Of a DNA stretch of 64,000 nucleotides, positions 1 to 13,869 are shown piece after piece. Below the pieces are notes generated by a model. The model ran no database searches. It was not told the origin of the DNA and saw nothing but the letters and a program-made list of their open reading frames with translations. Every line of letters begins with the position of its first letter. Positions within the stretch are counted from its first letter, which is position 1. This stretch comes from Octopus vulgaris (Eukaryota): assembly GCA_951406725.2 (NCBI GenBank), contig OX597826.1:43896001-43960000 (forward strand), written 5' to 3'. A program made the translations under genes and the position numbers.

Positions 1-159
1 AGTACTAAGCTTACAAAGAATAAGTCCTGGGATCGATTTGCTCGACTAAAAGGCGGTGCTCCAGCATGGCCACAGTCAAATGACTGAAACAAGTAAACGA
101 GTAAGGGTAAAAGGAGTATCGCTTGGTGTGCTAGAAATAGCAGACAAATCACATCCTGT

Positions 160-590
160 GTTTTTATCTTTTACTTGTTTCAGTATTTGAACTGCAGCCA
201 TGCTAAGGTACGGCATTGAAGTGTTTAGTCCAACAATTCGACTCCAATGGATATTTTAATATCTGGTACTTATTTTATCAGCTACATTTGTTGAAACGCC
301 AACTTACGGGGAGGTAAGAAAAAAATCTTACCGCTTTCAAGCACTGGTGGTGGGGGTGGTGGTGATCGTGGGGATACACAAAGGCAAAGATACACACTCG
401 CACGCATCCTCATAAACATACACACACATTCATATATTATATGGGACTCCGTACCGTTTTCGTCTGCCAAATTCATTCACGAGATATTGGTCGATCCAGA
501 GCCTTACCTAAGATGCTGTGCAGTGAAGTTGAACTCCAAATCATATGGTTGCAAAGCGAAAGTGTAACCAAATGGCCATACATAGCTACA
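160..590 (-). mobile_element. degenerate family A SINE (3' end of another copy at 1-113, plus)
   Basis: Colinear reverse-complement similarity to 766-1182, from TTACTTGTTTCAG to GAACTCCAAATCATATGGTT. Confidence 0.75.
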
Positions 591-765
591 GTCTTCAGAA
601 AGGGAGTATAAACCAGGTAATATATTTTTGTTATGTCACATATACTACAAGACGGGGCAATTCTGGTTATAAGCTGGATCGCAGCAAGAGCAAGAGCTAC
701 GGCAATCTTAAGGGAGGATCTTAGATATAAGAGAGGAACAGTAAAAAATACATTGATAACCGTTA

Positions 766-929
766 GCGTAGGAGTGGCTGTGTGGTAAGTAGCTTGCTTA
801 CCAACCACATGGCTCTGGGTTCAGTCCCACTGTGTGTCACCTTGGGCAAGTATCTTCTACTATAGCCTCGGGCCGACCAAAGCCTTGTGAGTGGATTTGG
901 TAGACGGAAACTGGAAGAAGCCCGTCGTA

Positions 930-980
<51 letters not shown>

Positions 981-1182
981 CTGTGTGTATATGTTTGTCC
1001 CCCCAGCATCGCTCGACAACAGATGCTGGTGTGTTTACGTCCCAGTAACTTAGCAGTTCGGCAAAAGAGACCGATAGAATAAGTACTAGGCTTACAAGGA
1101 GTAAGTCCTGGGTCGATTTGCTCGACTAAATGCGGTGCTCCAGCATGGCCTCAGTCAAATGGCTAAAACAAGTAAAAGAGTA
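766..1182 (+). mobile_element. tRNA-derived SINE, family A (full length)
   Basis: tRNA-like head (GGAGTGGCTGTGTGGTAAG...GGGTTCAGTCCC), CORE-like CCTTGGGCAAGT, internal TA/TG microsatellite, tail GAAACAAGTAAAAGAG; near-identical to 33349-33770, 43100-43472 and 59637-60048. Confidence 0.92.
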
Positions 1183-2470
1183 AATATTGAAAGAACATAT
1201 TGAAAGGATTCGACAGAATTGGTTTGGAAACGTATATAAAACATAAACAGTCGAAGTATGTGTACAGAATTTTCCATTTTACAAGGAGATAAAGATGATT
1301 TCTCTTCTGGTATGCACAAGACATACGCACATAATTCTCATATTAACCATAACATAAATTCTAGCCAAAACCTAATCGAATAAATGTTGTAAACCACTAA
1401 AATTCTGACGACGCTATTATTTAACTAAAACCTTGATCAAGATTCAATAAAATGTAAAGACTATATAAAATTACGTTTTGCCAGATGCTTAATGTGAATT
1501 CGTGTGTTGAAATAGATATTGTTATATTTCGGGATGGCAATTTTTAATATTGACCAATAAACACACGCACAATATGCTCATTCTTCACTTTAGCTTTACT
1601 ATTGTTCTTATTTATAGTGTATTTTGTGTGGAATCTTTCGTCACACGTTCTGTAACCTCTTCAGCTACTCTCTATCCTATGTGCCTCCTCTTGTCCTGTT
1701 TACTCTATTCTGTCTTTCTAATATAGTGAGTGTGTTTATTTTGCACACCCCTCTCTACAAAAAATGACCACCCAGAAATATAACATTATATAAAACTTCA
1801 CAAAATGTAAAGATAATAGGAGCAATAAACTAGGAGAGTCTGTATGAAAAGTGGAAAGCAACCTACATAATTAGGTGTATATGCAGGGGCAACATCGACA
1901 TTTTAGATAGCATAAAACTACACCAAAACTGGGAATGTACAAGCAGCTACATAAACATCACAGTGTTTATGTAAGTAAACACAGACATTCATCATCAGCT
2001 GCCGTGCTGCATGTCATTGTGCTTTCGACACGTACCAGTACCATCCAATCCAACAGCATTCCCAACATAAAAATATTCAAACGCTGTTGGGAAACACAAG
2101 ACTTTACAAACCAAAAATGATACAAGCACGCATAAAATGCAAAACTAAACACGAAAAACTCATCACACACAAATGCTTGGTATAGAACATAGCTGCCAAA
2201 ATACATAAACATTATCTACCTTTACAAACCAACTTCTACATAAAAAGTAAAACGTTTGTAAACAACCTTAACCCCAAATGATTAATACTTAAAACTCGCT
2301 TTGATAAATGAATAAACATTAATGTTCAATTAACTAAATTATAATTAACATCATATAATCAGACTTCATATTTGTGTATATTATTAGACCTATGAATTAA
2401 TGACTACTAAACAGACATAGATTAAATGAAATTATATACAGCATGCATGTTATTTATATGCATGTTTACT

Positions 2471-2502
<32 letters not shown>

Positions 2503-2534
2503 TGTATCGATGTATGTATGTATGCATGTATGTA

Positions 2535-2847
2535 TGCTTAGTGGTTAGGGCATTCGGCTCACGATTGTGAGGTTGTGAGTTCAATTCCCGGCGACGCGTT
2601 GTATCCTTGAGCAAGACACTTTATTTCCCGTTACTCCAGATCACCCAAGTGGTAAAAATGAGCTGTACCTGTATTTCAAAGGGCTGGCCTTGTGACACTC
2701 TGTGTCACGCCGAATCTCCCTGAAAACTACGTTAGGGGTACACGTGTCTGTAGATTGCTCAGTCACTTGCACGTTAATTTCACGAGCAAGCTGTTCCGTT
2801 GATCGTATCAGCTGGGACCCTCGTCTCCTAACCGACGGAGTGCTCCA
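2535..2847 (+). mobile_element. tRNA-derived SINE, family C
   Basis: A box GCTTAGTGGTTAGG, B box GAGTTCAATTCCC, CORE-like TCCTTGAGCAAGACACTT; reverse copies at 4142-4405 and 50657-50953. Confidence 0.88.
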
Positions 2848-2850
2848 TAA

Positions 2851-3043
<193 letters not shown>

Positions 3044-3499
3044 TGTTACTGACCCTGAAAAAAGTGGGTGAAAATAGCGCATTGTTTATTTAGCAGTAAT
3101 GTTTAAATGTCTTCGTGGAAATTGTTGTAATTGCTCGAATTATTTTACACTTACACTCACACTCGCACGCGCGCGCGCACACACAAGTGCACAGAAAAAT
3201 CACGCTTGCACACACACATGTGCGAGCCGGTGTGTGTATAGTATTCCGACCTTTGAAGCATTCTTATGTACCAGCAAATCTGAAACGGCTAAACTTTCAT
3301 GAATGTTAACCGTCATTTTTTCTCATTCGTTAATCTAGAATACGGAATCATCTTTTTTCTCAGTAACGTAAGAGATGGACTTTCTGTCTGTTTTGTCCCT
3401 GTCCCTGTGTCTCTTTTTCTCTCTCGGAATCCTTCCTAACTCAGGCCTGCATGCTACGGAGCTAATTTGATTGGTCTTGTTAGACCAAACGAAACATAC

Positions 3500-3587
3500 C
3501 AGCTGTTACACACGGTTGTTTCCTTCGCCTTCTTTCAGCTAAGTTTGTCTTAAAAACCATTGATGAAGCAGCATCATTCTGCTTCAT
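3500..3587 (-). CDS. candidate first coding exon of an unidentified host gene (MKQNDAASSMVFKTNLAERRRRKQPCVTA, phase 1)
   Basis: Non-repetitive sequence; ATG preceded by an in-frame stop; 29 open codons ending at CTG|GTATGT donor; possible acceptor TGTGTATTCAG near 3640. Confidence 0.3.
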
Positions 3588-3966
3588 TGTTCACTCTATA
3601 GATAGATGTCGGTGTGCTGTGCTCGTTGTTTGTAATTATCTGAATACACAATGTCTAAAGTGATCTGCAAGTTTGATATCTCAAACCTTTTCAATTCCCC
3701 TCCACCACAAATTACTCATGTGCCATTCTTTGTGAATTACGTGTCGTTCAAATAAAAGACTAAAATATAGTGATCTTCTTGCAGTAAAAGAAAATAGTAG
3801 TCCTTTGGCTGCTATTTCTAAACTTTTCGGTATGTGGTTAAGCAACTTGTTGCAAATAACCCTTATTGTTATAATTATATAAGTTTTTACCGAATATGGT
3901 CCTTTTCTATACCGAAATACTACTTGGTGAAATTTGTTGATTTTATTAAATTAATTATATGTCACC

Positions 3967-4060
<94 letters not shown>

Positions 4061-4094
4061 CTATATATATGTATGTATGTATGTATGTGTGTGT

Positions 4095-4141
<47 letters not shown>

Positions 4142-4143
<2 letters not shown>

Positions 4144-4405
4144 AGCACTGCGTTGGTTACGATGACGTAAGTCCCAGCTGATACGATCAACGGGACAGCT
4201 TATTCATGAAATTAACGTGCAAGTAGCTGAACACTCCACAGACACGTGTACCCTTAACGTAGTTTCCAGGTAGATTCAGTGTGACAAGACTGGCCCTTTG
4301 AAATACATGTACAACTCATTTTTGCTGGTGAAGTGGACTGGAGCAATGTGAAACAAGTGTCTTGCTCAAGGACACAATGCGTCGCCGGGAATTGAACTCA
4401 CGACC
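4142..4405 (-). mobile_element. family C SINE
   Basis: Reverse complement of 2535-2847. Confidence 0.85.
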
Positions 4406-4517
4406 ATTTTTTCCCCTAAATGTTCTCCCCACTATGTTACTCATAATTCTGACTTTATTTTTCTCCTCAGCTATACATAACTCCTTTCGATAATATTAAG
4501 CATAACTTTTCTATACC

Positions 4518-4750
4518 TATTTCTTTACTGCCCACAAGGGGCTACACACAGAGGGGACAAACAAGGACAAACAAACAGATTGAGTCGATTATATCGACCC
4601 CAGTGCGTAACTGGTACTTAATTTATTGACCCCGAAAGGATGAAAGGCAAAGTCGACCTCGGCGGAATTTGAACTCAGAACGTAGCGGCAGACGTAATAC
4701 CGCTTAGTATTTCGCCCTGTGGGCTAACGTTTCTGCCAGTTCGCGGCCTT
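4518..4750 (-). mobile_element. tRNA-derived SINE, family B (Meta/MESC-like central domain)
   Basis: Reverse of GCCTTTCATCCTTTCGGGGTCGATAAATTAAGTACCAG domain; 16-bp target-site duplication ATAACTTTTCTATACC at 4502-4517 and 4753-4768. Confidence 0.9.
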
Positions 4751-5407
4751 CTATAACTTTTCTATACCGCTCCATAGATGATTATATATGTTTTAGCAGT
4801 GGATAATGTAAGTAAATTCTCCTTCATCTTCATATTTTTATTTTTATTTTTTATTTTCTCATTATGAATTTTTAAATTTTCATTTCATTAACTGTCTTTT
4901 AGTATCAACCTCTTAAAATATCCTTCTTCAATTTTAATTACATTCCGCAATATTACACTTATTTTCTTCTATTAAAATTAGACATATTATTTGCATATAG
5001 CATTTTAATTATAAATTTTACATCTCATAAACCATTCATGATTACTATAAAACACTTTTTTCTAATTAATTACTTAGCCGTATTAATTATTGAAGATTAA
5101 ATATGAATTTTAGTCCCCAGTATTTCAAAATTCCGGACTTCCTTATTTGAGTAGTCCTTTTCCTGTAATAAACAATCCCATCAGGGTTTTACTTCATATA
5201 TGGGAGTTTTAAGTTAGCTCCTTTATACTTGTCTATAGAGAGCATGTTACCCTAATTAGTATTATATATATATCAATATCTAAGCGTTATCCCTTAGTCT
5301 TGTTTTAAATAAGCATGACTCTAAGAACTGTAACACATTACAAAAATTAGTAAGAACATCTTACCTATGAAATTCTAACGTCTTTTTAGCTTTTTTCATA
5401 TTTTCAG

Positions 5408-5483
5408 CTACCGATGAGTACTTTTTGACAACTCAGATTCTTAAAATGAATTTATTGTCTTTCTTTATGAAACGATTGTATAG
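5408..5483 (+). ncRNA. type I hammerhead ribozyme-like motif (U4C, long stem II)
   Basis: CTA-CCGATGA-GTA..GACAA..AGATTC..GAATTT..TTGTC..TAT-GAAA-CGATTG-TA-TAG; stems I, II and III can be paired by eye. Confidence 0.55.
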
Positions 5484-5601
5484 ATACATTATTAAAACAA
5501 AAAAATTATCATCCATATTAACATCTAATCTCCTCCATTTACGTAAAATATGATTGAGTTTGTTGAACTTTATTTATTTAATAACTTAAATCATATACTT
5601 A

Positions 5602-5641
<40 letters not shown>

Positions 5642-6824
5642 TATATATATACGTATATGAATGAATATATACCCACGAATGTGTTTGTGTGCGTGTGTGT
5701 ATATGTATATATATATATATATAGATATATGTGCGTATGTTTGCGTGTGTGTGTGTGTGTGTGTGAATATATATATATATATATTGATTTTTTTTTTCAT
5801 AAAGTTTGTCTATATTATACTGAGCTTCCGTAATGAGTTTCAGTAATTAGGTGACAGGTAATTAACAAAACTTGTTCCTTTTATATCTTATTATGACTTT
5901 TCAACTATCCTTGAAGAATTTTTTTTTGCTTTCTTTTCATTCCAGGTCACATCGCGGTCACGAAATAAACAGACCACCAGAAACTGGCAACGAAAATGAG
6001 TCTCCTGAAGATAACGTTTTTTTTTTTGAAAAAAGTATTACAATGAATTTTCTTAAAAACCTGAAGACAACAAAAGTTAAAATAAAAGAAAGAAGTTTTG
6101 ATTTTGCAAATATTTTACGTTTTTCAAGGTTTTATTTTTTTAAACTACAAAAATGACGACCTTAGAATGGCTGAAAGAATATTTGGACAAATAATATCGG
6201 ATTATCTCACAGAGAAGGCAAAGTTTCCAGCATTTTGCCATGGAAAATATCGTTAGAAAGATTTTGTGAAGAATATAATGGAAACTTAGGACAAAATTAC
6301 TAAAAAAGAACTAAAATTAAAATATTTTTGCAATGGAACTGATGGTAAAATGTTTAAATTAGCTAGTGCTTTGATGATGCCAAAGATTACAGTAAATGTA
6401 AAATATTTTTGAAGTTATGAGAAAATTGACTAGACATCTCGAGTGGGAGAGAAATCGTGTGATGTAGAAATATAATTTTTACAGTTGCTATCAAAAGAAT
6501 GAAATGAGTAATACCACTTTTGTGGCAGAATTAAAACAGAAATCAGTAGACTGTGGTTTCAGAGATAGAGATTTTATGATCAGAGCCAGATTGATTATGG
6601 ATACATGTATGAAAAAAAAAAAATGTTCAACAAGATTTTTTTTTTCTTTTTGAGGGAAACAGACACAACACTTAAATGGCAGCATAGAAAATCGCTTTGG
6701 AAATTGAGAGGTGTTTGTCATAAAGGTCGTCTTTCTCTTACATGAAATGCTGCGCAAAGGTGCCACTTCATGAGCGAAGCTAATTCCTTCCTCCTCATTA
6801 TTATGTTACTCTGCATGGATGATT

Positions 6825-7740
6825 GATTAGCTGAGTCGTTAAAGCATCGATGTTTCTCTCAAATCTTTGCATTCCCAGTTCAAATCCAGGCACCGTCAAC
6901 TCTGTCTATCATACTTTCGGCATCGTTTAAAAAAAAACCCTAATTATATGTGGGGCTTGATATAATCAGTTAAATCTTCGTTTAAAACTTCTAGACTTGT
7001 GCCTATGTTAAAGACTAATACTAAAACGGTGGCGAGTTGGCTGAGTAGTTAGAGGGTCGAAATAAATGGCTTGTATTTGTCCCGGGTTTTACGCTGTGGG
7101 TTCAACCCCACTGTGTTCAACTTTGTCTTTCAATCCTTCGGCGACCATACATTATTTAATCAGTCAAGTATTAAGCTCAGTCAAATTCATTAATCACCTC
7201 CACTCAAAAGTGCTGACTTTGTACCAAAATGAGAAATTATTTTATTATTTAAACTCCGTGGGTAGCGGATTACCAGAATCGCTAGCCCATCACACAAACT
7301 GCCTTGCAGCATCCTTTAAAATCTTTACTTTCCCAGTTCAAAGCCCACAGTGGTCAACGTTCACTGGGGTCAATAAAATAAAGTATCAGCCAAGCACTGA
7401 CGTCGATGTGATCGACGAATACCTCCAGTCAAAACCTGCTGGTCCCGTTCCTAAATAAGTAATTATTATTAAAGATGGTATACTTGCAGAATCGTCAGAG
7501 CGTTCGAAAAATTATTTGCGGTATTTACACCGGTTCTTCGTATTTGAAGTTCAAATCCTGCCGGGTTCGTCTTTTCCTTTACTCGCGGTCGATAAAATAA
7601 TGTCCTTCTCAATAACTGGATTGAAGGTATGGACTAACTAATTGAAGGTATGGCTCCTTTCAAAATTTCTGGTCGTTTATCTAATTTAGAGACAGTTATC
7701 TTTAAGGGTGTGATTTACCAGACTCGTTTGAGCTTCGGTC
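6825..7740 (+). mobile_element. cluster of old, diverged family B-like SINE copies
   Basis: Repeated GTTCAAATCC..GTCAAC.TTG.CTTTCA.CC motifs near 6878, 7099, 7336 and 7548. Confidence 0.6.
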
Positions 7741-7949
7741 AAAATATCTTGCGTTATTTGTTCCACCTCTACATTATTCTACTTAAATTAAAAGCAATTG
7801 CTTTAATATATCTTTCTAGATTGCACTGCGACCAAGACATTTGCACAGAATACATAACTTTACTTACAGAGCTTGCATCGCTCTCTTGGTTGCGGTAAAG
7901 TACAAATATCTTCAAAATGACTCTTAACTGGATCGTACCCGGAACCTTA

Positions 7950-8600
7950 TTATAGCGAAAAGACAAGCCTACGTGAAACTCTTTTTAAATATTATTTAGA
8001 ATTTGTGGTGATTTAAATGCAAGCACTAAACTTTGCTGGTATTTCTGTTTATTTAGATAAGGCCTGGTGAATAACGGCTTGGCCATCTATCTAATTTCAA
8101 CCTATTGACAGAATTACTTCGCATCGGACTATAGATGAATGACACCAGATGTGAATTTTGTGTCATTAACCACGGTTTCAACGATCTGAAAGAACATCGT
8201 AGAGATATCCAGATATTACTGATAGAAACGTCAATAATTGAACGCCAGAACACATATCCCATTGCTTCTCAGAAATATCATTAACCATCTTTTGCATTCG
8301 AGTGACTATCTCGACAAAGATACAAAATTTACGAAGTCTGTATAAAAATATTGATGACAAAACAGCATTAAGTATTTTTTTTTTAATATTCTTAAAAATT
8401 TGTCGGTTGATGCCAAAATTGATTTATCTTTCAAGAAGCAGTCCTACTTTAACGTTTATCGATCTTTTAATTGATTTTGCTAGTGAAACAAAAACTAGAC
8501 ACAGCATCTTACGTTGATTCGTCAAATCTTGTCTCGATTTAAAATTACTTTGCTATTGCGTAATCGCTGTTTGGGTCTCAGTAGCTGTAAAAACTTTCAT
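7950..8600 (+). pseudogene. highly degenerate LINE APE-endonuclease fragment
   Basis: ATTTGTGGTGATTTAAATGCA translates to ICGDLNA (GDFNA-type motif); many stops and frameshifts. Confidence 0.35.
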
Positions 8601-10341
8601 TTTGTTTTGTTTTATGGCATCCCCCATATATCTTGGTTTCTAATGAACGGCATTCTTTGTTTCGGCCAAATTCTGTTGGCCAGAGTAGCCTCATCTGAAC
8701 AAGGAGGAACCTTCTTGTAAACCAAAGCAAGGGTAATGCCGGCAGATGCAAACATTATATAAACGAAGGGCAGACAAATCTGAACGAAGATACTTTCAAA
8801 TAAAAGAGGCAAAAAATGGATGCTGTTTCTATAATTAAAAATTGACAGTTTGTTCTCAGCCTCGTTGTTTTTAACCAACTGGATTGACCAATGACGTCCG
8901 TAGCAAATATCATTTTATTGTTAAGGTGGTTTTAACAGGGTAGACAATTCTGAACAAAGAAGTAATTTCAAATAAAGTAAGACGAGGGAAGTGGGTTTAT
9001 ATTTCATAAGATATAAACCTATCGGTTTGTAAATAAGCCTTGCAGTGCACAAATGCAGCTGAATGGATCAATGCCGATGGTTGCAAAGATAATTTTACTC
9101 TTGCTGTGGCTATAACAGGGGAGACAATCAGAACTAAAAGATATATTCGAATTAGCCGAAGTAAAGAAACTGGTTTGCTTTAATTCTAGCTGACATCTGA
9201 ATAAATGGATCAATGACGTCAATGGCAAACGTTATTTTACTAAACGTCGATGAATTACAAATAGCAGATACAGTAATAATGGATCCTGATATTTGTGTCT
9301 CATGCAGATATCGTTGTGTAAGCTGTATGCATTTCTCGGGTAACATGAACACTCATACAACGTAGCCACGATAAGTTACTGTGACATTCGAGATAACAGG
9401 ATAATGAAACGGTCATTTGACTAAATCAATATCTCATCTCTTAGGAATTGTTTTGGCTCTTAAAAATGGCAGAAGACAGATGAGAAGATTTTATATCCTT
9501 GGAATAGTGAACACTGTCTACTTTGGGGATGCTATCAAGGTGGATTCTTTTGTCACAAGTCATGCCCTAACCTGCACTATTTTTCGGATTCTGCCTCCTT
9601 ATCAGCAAATATAAAATACCAAATATATGTCATCTACAAATTTAAAATTACGTGCTATTTATTTTGACAGTAATAGTGTTTGTCTCCTTTGTTAGATTGG
9701 TTTTTATCTGACTTTTGGGTTAAACCGAAGAATGGCGAAATGGAATATGGCTTCATGAAAAAAATCTCACGAGCTCTTGCACAAAACATCTCTTCTGGCA
9801 GCAACTATTTAAATGCACACAGATACACTCATACACATGTAAATATGAGCATCTATTTATGTATGTATGTGTGTATGTATGTATGTATTCATACACAAGC
9901 ATATATATATATGTATATGTATACACACACACAAACACACATACGCACACACAGAAACACACATACGCACACACACAAACACACATACGCACACACGAGT
10001 GTATGTGTGTACATAATCATATATTGTACATGTATATGGTATGTGATTTAAATGGCGTTTTTTTCATACATAATATAGGCATCACATATACATATACAAC
10101 ATACATAAGCCCAAACATGTAAATATATGCAAACACACATCTACACGCACATACGCACACACACATCCGCGCGCGCACGCACACACATGCACGCGTATCA
10201 ATCTTACAAGGAAAAGATTGAGAAGTACTTCGAAGTCATTGTCAGTCTTTTGACAGCTTACCTCCGTCATCATTCTCTCTCATGACAGCGAGCATACCGA
10301 AGCATTGAAGTCACTGTCAACTTTTTCCATGTAAAGATTAA

Positions 10342-10691
10342 TACACACACACATACATACTTATACACATACACACACACATACATACTTATACACATAC
10401 ACACACACATACATACATACATATACATACATACATACATACATACATACACATACATACATATATACATATATACATAAATATATAAATACATACATAC
10501 ATACATACATACACACATACATACATACAAACACATACATACATACATACATACATACATACATACATACATACATACATACATACATACATACATACAT
10601 ACATACATACATACATACATACATACATACATACATGCATATATACATACATACATACACACATACATACATACATACATACATACATACA

Positions 10692-10727
<36 letters not shown>

Positions 10728-10800
10728 TGTTTCTATGTGTGTGTGTGGGTTAGTTTATCAGTGTGTGTGTATGTGTGTGTGTGTGTGTGTATATGTGTGT
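10342..10800. repeat. (TACA)n/(CA)n microsatellite block
   Basis: Directly visible. Confidence 0.96.
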
Positions 10801-11211
10801 GCGTCTACGAGGAGTAAATGAATGTGAATACGTCGTGCATAAAATATGTGTGAAAAAAGATATTCACATATCTTAAAAAGGAATATTATGAATATTGTTT
10901 TTACACACTTCGACTGTTTCCATTTATGTTTTAATGTAGATTTGCAAAACAGATTTTTTTCTCCTTTTTAACTGTTTTTCTTATTCTTAATTGAAACAGC
11001 TATTTAAAAGAAATGTTGTTTGAAAATGTTTAATGGTTTAATAAACAGAATATAGAAGTACGTATGTACAAGTTACTAATTTGTATGTGTACATGCATAT
11101 ATACATATATACACACATACGAATGTATTATGTACATCGGTTCAACAAAAAGTGGCTAATAGAAACAGTATCAGGGTTGAAAGGCCATAAATAAAAACTG
11201 GTATCGAATTG

Positions 11212-11627
11212 TTTGCCTCACCCTATCCACGATTTGCTCCAGCAGAGCCACAGTTCACATTCTGAAACAAGTAATAGATATACACACAAGTAACAGATGT
11301 ATAGAAGTAATAGATATACATACAAACATACATGCATATATGTGTGTGTTTGTAAGTATGCGTGCGTGCACTGTGTTTGTATTTGTATGTGTGTGTGTGT
11401 GTAAACACGAATTTGCATGTTTGCCTCACCCTATCCACGATTTGCTCCAGCAGAGCCACAGTTCACATTCTGAAACAAGTAATAGATATACACACAAGTA
11501 ACAGATGTATAGAAGTAATAGATATACATACAAACATACATGCATATATGTGTGTGTTTGTAAGTATGCGTGCGTGCACTGTGTTTGTATTTGTATGTGT
11601 GTGTGTGTGTAAACACGAATTTGCATG
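11212..11627. repeat. near-perfect 208-bp tandem duplication
   Basis: TTTGCCTCACCCTATCCACG... starts at 11212 and again at about 11420; units appear identical through AATTTGCATG. Confidence 0.93.
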
Positions 11628-12000
11628 CATATATTTCTTTGTTCTCTTTCTATAATTGTTTTAATTATTGGATTGTGGCCATATTGGAGCACCCGCTGTA
11701 AAAGATTAATCTGTCTAATCAGCTGTAGTATTTTTGTTTTGCGTCTGTTACTTATTCCGTCGTTCTCTTTTGCAAAACTACTAGATAACCAGCCAAAACT
11801 GGCAAGTGGTGTGGGAAAAAACACAAAATCTTGCACCACACAGACATACACACACACCGTACACGCCCATACTCGCATAGACACACTGGCATACACACAC
11901 CTATATACACACACTTTCACCCAGATACACACACACATATATATGCGTAAGCGACGGGTACTCCAACAGTTTGCGTCCGGCATTGGTCGGACCAGGGCTA

Positions 12001-12228
12001 TATATTTCTTTACTACCCACAAGGGGTTAAACACAGAGGGGACAAACAAGGACAGACAAACGGATTAAGTCGATTACATCAACCCCAGTGCGTAACTGGT
12101 ACTTAATTTATCGACCCCGAAAGGATGAAAGGCAAAGTTGACCTCGGCGGAATTTGAACCCAGAACGTAACGGCAGACGAAATACGGCTACGCATTTCGC
12201 CCGGTGTGCTAACGTTTCTGCCAGCTCG
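12001..12228 (-). mobile_element. family B SINE nested in a degenerate family A SINE
   Basis: Full reverse copy flanked by the duplication TCGGACCAGGGCTATA. Confidence 0.9.
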
Positions 12229-13869
12229 TCGGACCAGGGCTATAGCAAAGATGGCTGCCCAAATGTGCGCAGAGTAGGACTGAACCCGAAACTACATGGC
12301 TGCGTCTTTGTATATTAGAAGCGTTTGTGTATTCCTTATGAACTGTCAGCCTTGCAGGGCAATGAGAAGGTAAATGATTGCTGTACTTTCGCACAATCAG
12401 TAAGCATAGAGATGCGTAAATACTTACAGTACACCATTGATCTTTATTTGGCAACGATTCTTCATAATGCTACTAAAGCGAACCAGTATGGCTGGAACTG
12501 TCTGATTGTTGATACTCCATTAATAACAGGAAAGCTACAGCAGAGGTTGACAAATTTCTTTCCCGCTTTCTGAAAATGTTATTATCTAACAACATGAACA
12601 CTTGTAGAAACACAGAGAAAATTATGAGCTTATTTTGATTCCCTGTCCACCTATGTCGATGGAAATTACTGAAATATAAATAATGACTGGCATAGTTAAA
12701 TAGAGAGGCAAATATTTAATCATAGCTTCAAAATGTACGATGACCTAACGTTTCTTTACTTTCTAAAAATGGCGTCAGATTTTTACTCTTTTTTTTTTAC
12801 TTTTTGTGCTGTCAATGACAACTGCACTGGAATGCTTACTAAACCTGGGAATCAAAGGCGTAGGTATTTGTCAAGCATTATTCTAATACAAGGACTGTGT
12901 CTTTTTATATGTGTAGTTAGCAGGTAAGTTCTTGTCATACGATTTGAAAAATGAAAGAGGTTATGCCTTCTTGCAACGAGAAATAGATATTTGTAACATA
13001 TATAAAAGTTTTGAAACATTACAAGCATTCGACTGCGTGCGCCTATATATAATCACGTATGTATGTACGTGTGTGTATGTATGTACGCTCGCACATACAC
13101 ACACAAATATATAAAGGTATGCAGCAATAGAAATATTAATCATAATTTTCTTTTGGAATTTGAATGAGACAATAGGAAGGCTACCTAAAGAGTTGGTATA
13201 TATATTTACTCTATATTAGCGGGTTTCAATGTCATACACAAGCATATACATACCTACAAACACACATACACATATATAGAGGCATAAATATGCGTACATA
13301 CACATGTACACACACACAGATAAATAGATAGATGTGTACGTATGTACGTACATATATATATAGCGAGTTTCTACAAAGTTTGCATCTTCTAATTCCATGG
13401 AAATATATTCGTAGATCTGACAATATAGTTCAAATGGTCGAAGCCAGTTGTAGGAATAAGATCAGGCCAGATACATGGCGTTGGGTAGAGAGCACCTGAC
13501 CACATAGAAATAATTGATTTTTATTTCCTTAAAGAATTATAACATGACTTATGCAAAGGAGGGAGGGCTGCTCTTCAAACCCAGGCGTCAGAAATAGGGA
13601 AGATATAATATCATTGACTTCACATAAATGCTTGCAGCAGAATGATCTGTAAAGATGGCAACACAGTACCAGTTACTCATCGTAGAACTTAGCGATTACA
13701 ACCTTGAGCAGTACGCGTTTAAATATGGATGCAATACATGTGCACATAAAGGTAGCGAGTTGGCAGATTCTTTAGAACGCCAGTTAAAATACTTAACGGC
13801 ATGCCTTCCGTCTTTACGCTCCGAGTTGAAATTCCGCCTTGGGCAACTTTGAAACCAGTATATGTGTAC

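Noticed and set aside
766-835. tRNA-like A and B boxes here and in other SINE heads
   Set aside because: Followed by a SINE body and tail; no complete cloverleaf, so not tRNA genes
5946-6156. Plus-strand acceptor TTCATTCCAG followed by SHRGHEINRPPETGNENESPEDN
   Set aside because: Runs into poly-T and poly-A tracts; no recognisable protein or donor
10261-10294. Minus-strand MLAVMRENDDG ending in GAG|GTAAGC
   Set aside because: Good donor but very short and bounded by microsatellite; chance level without expression data
12358-12369. Possible plus-strand 12-nt microexon CAG|GGCAATGAGAAG|GTAAAT
   Set aside because: Weak pyrimidine tract; such matches are expected by chance in 64 kb
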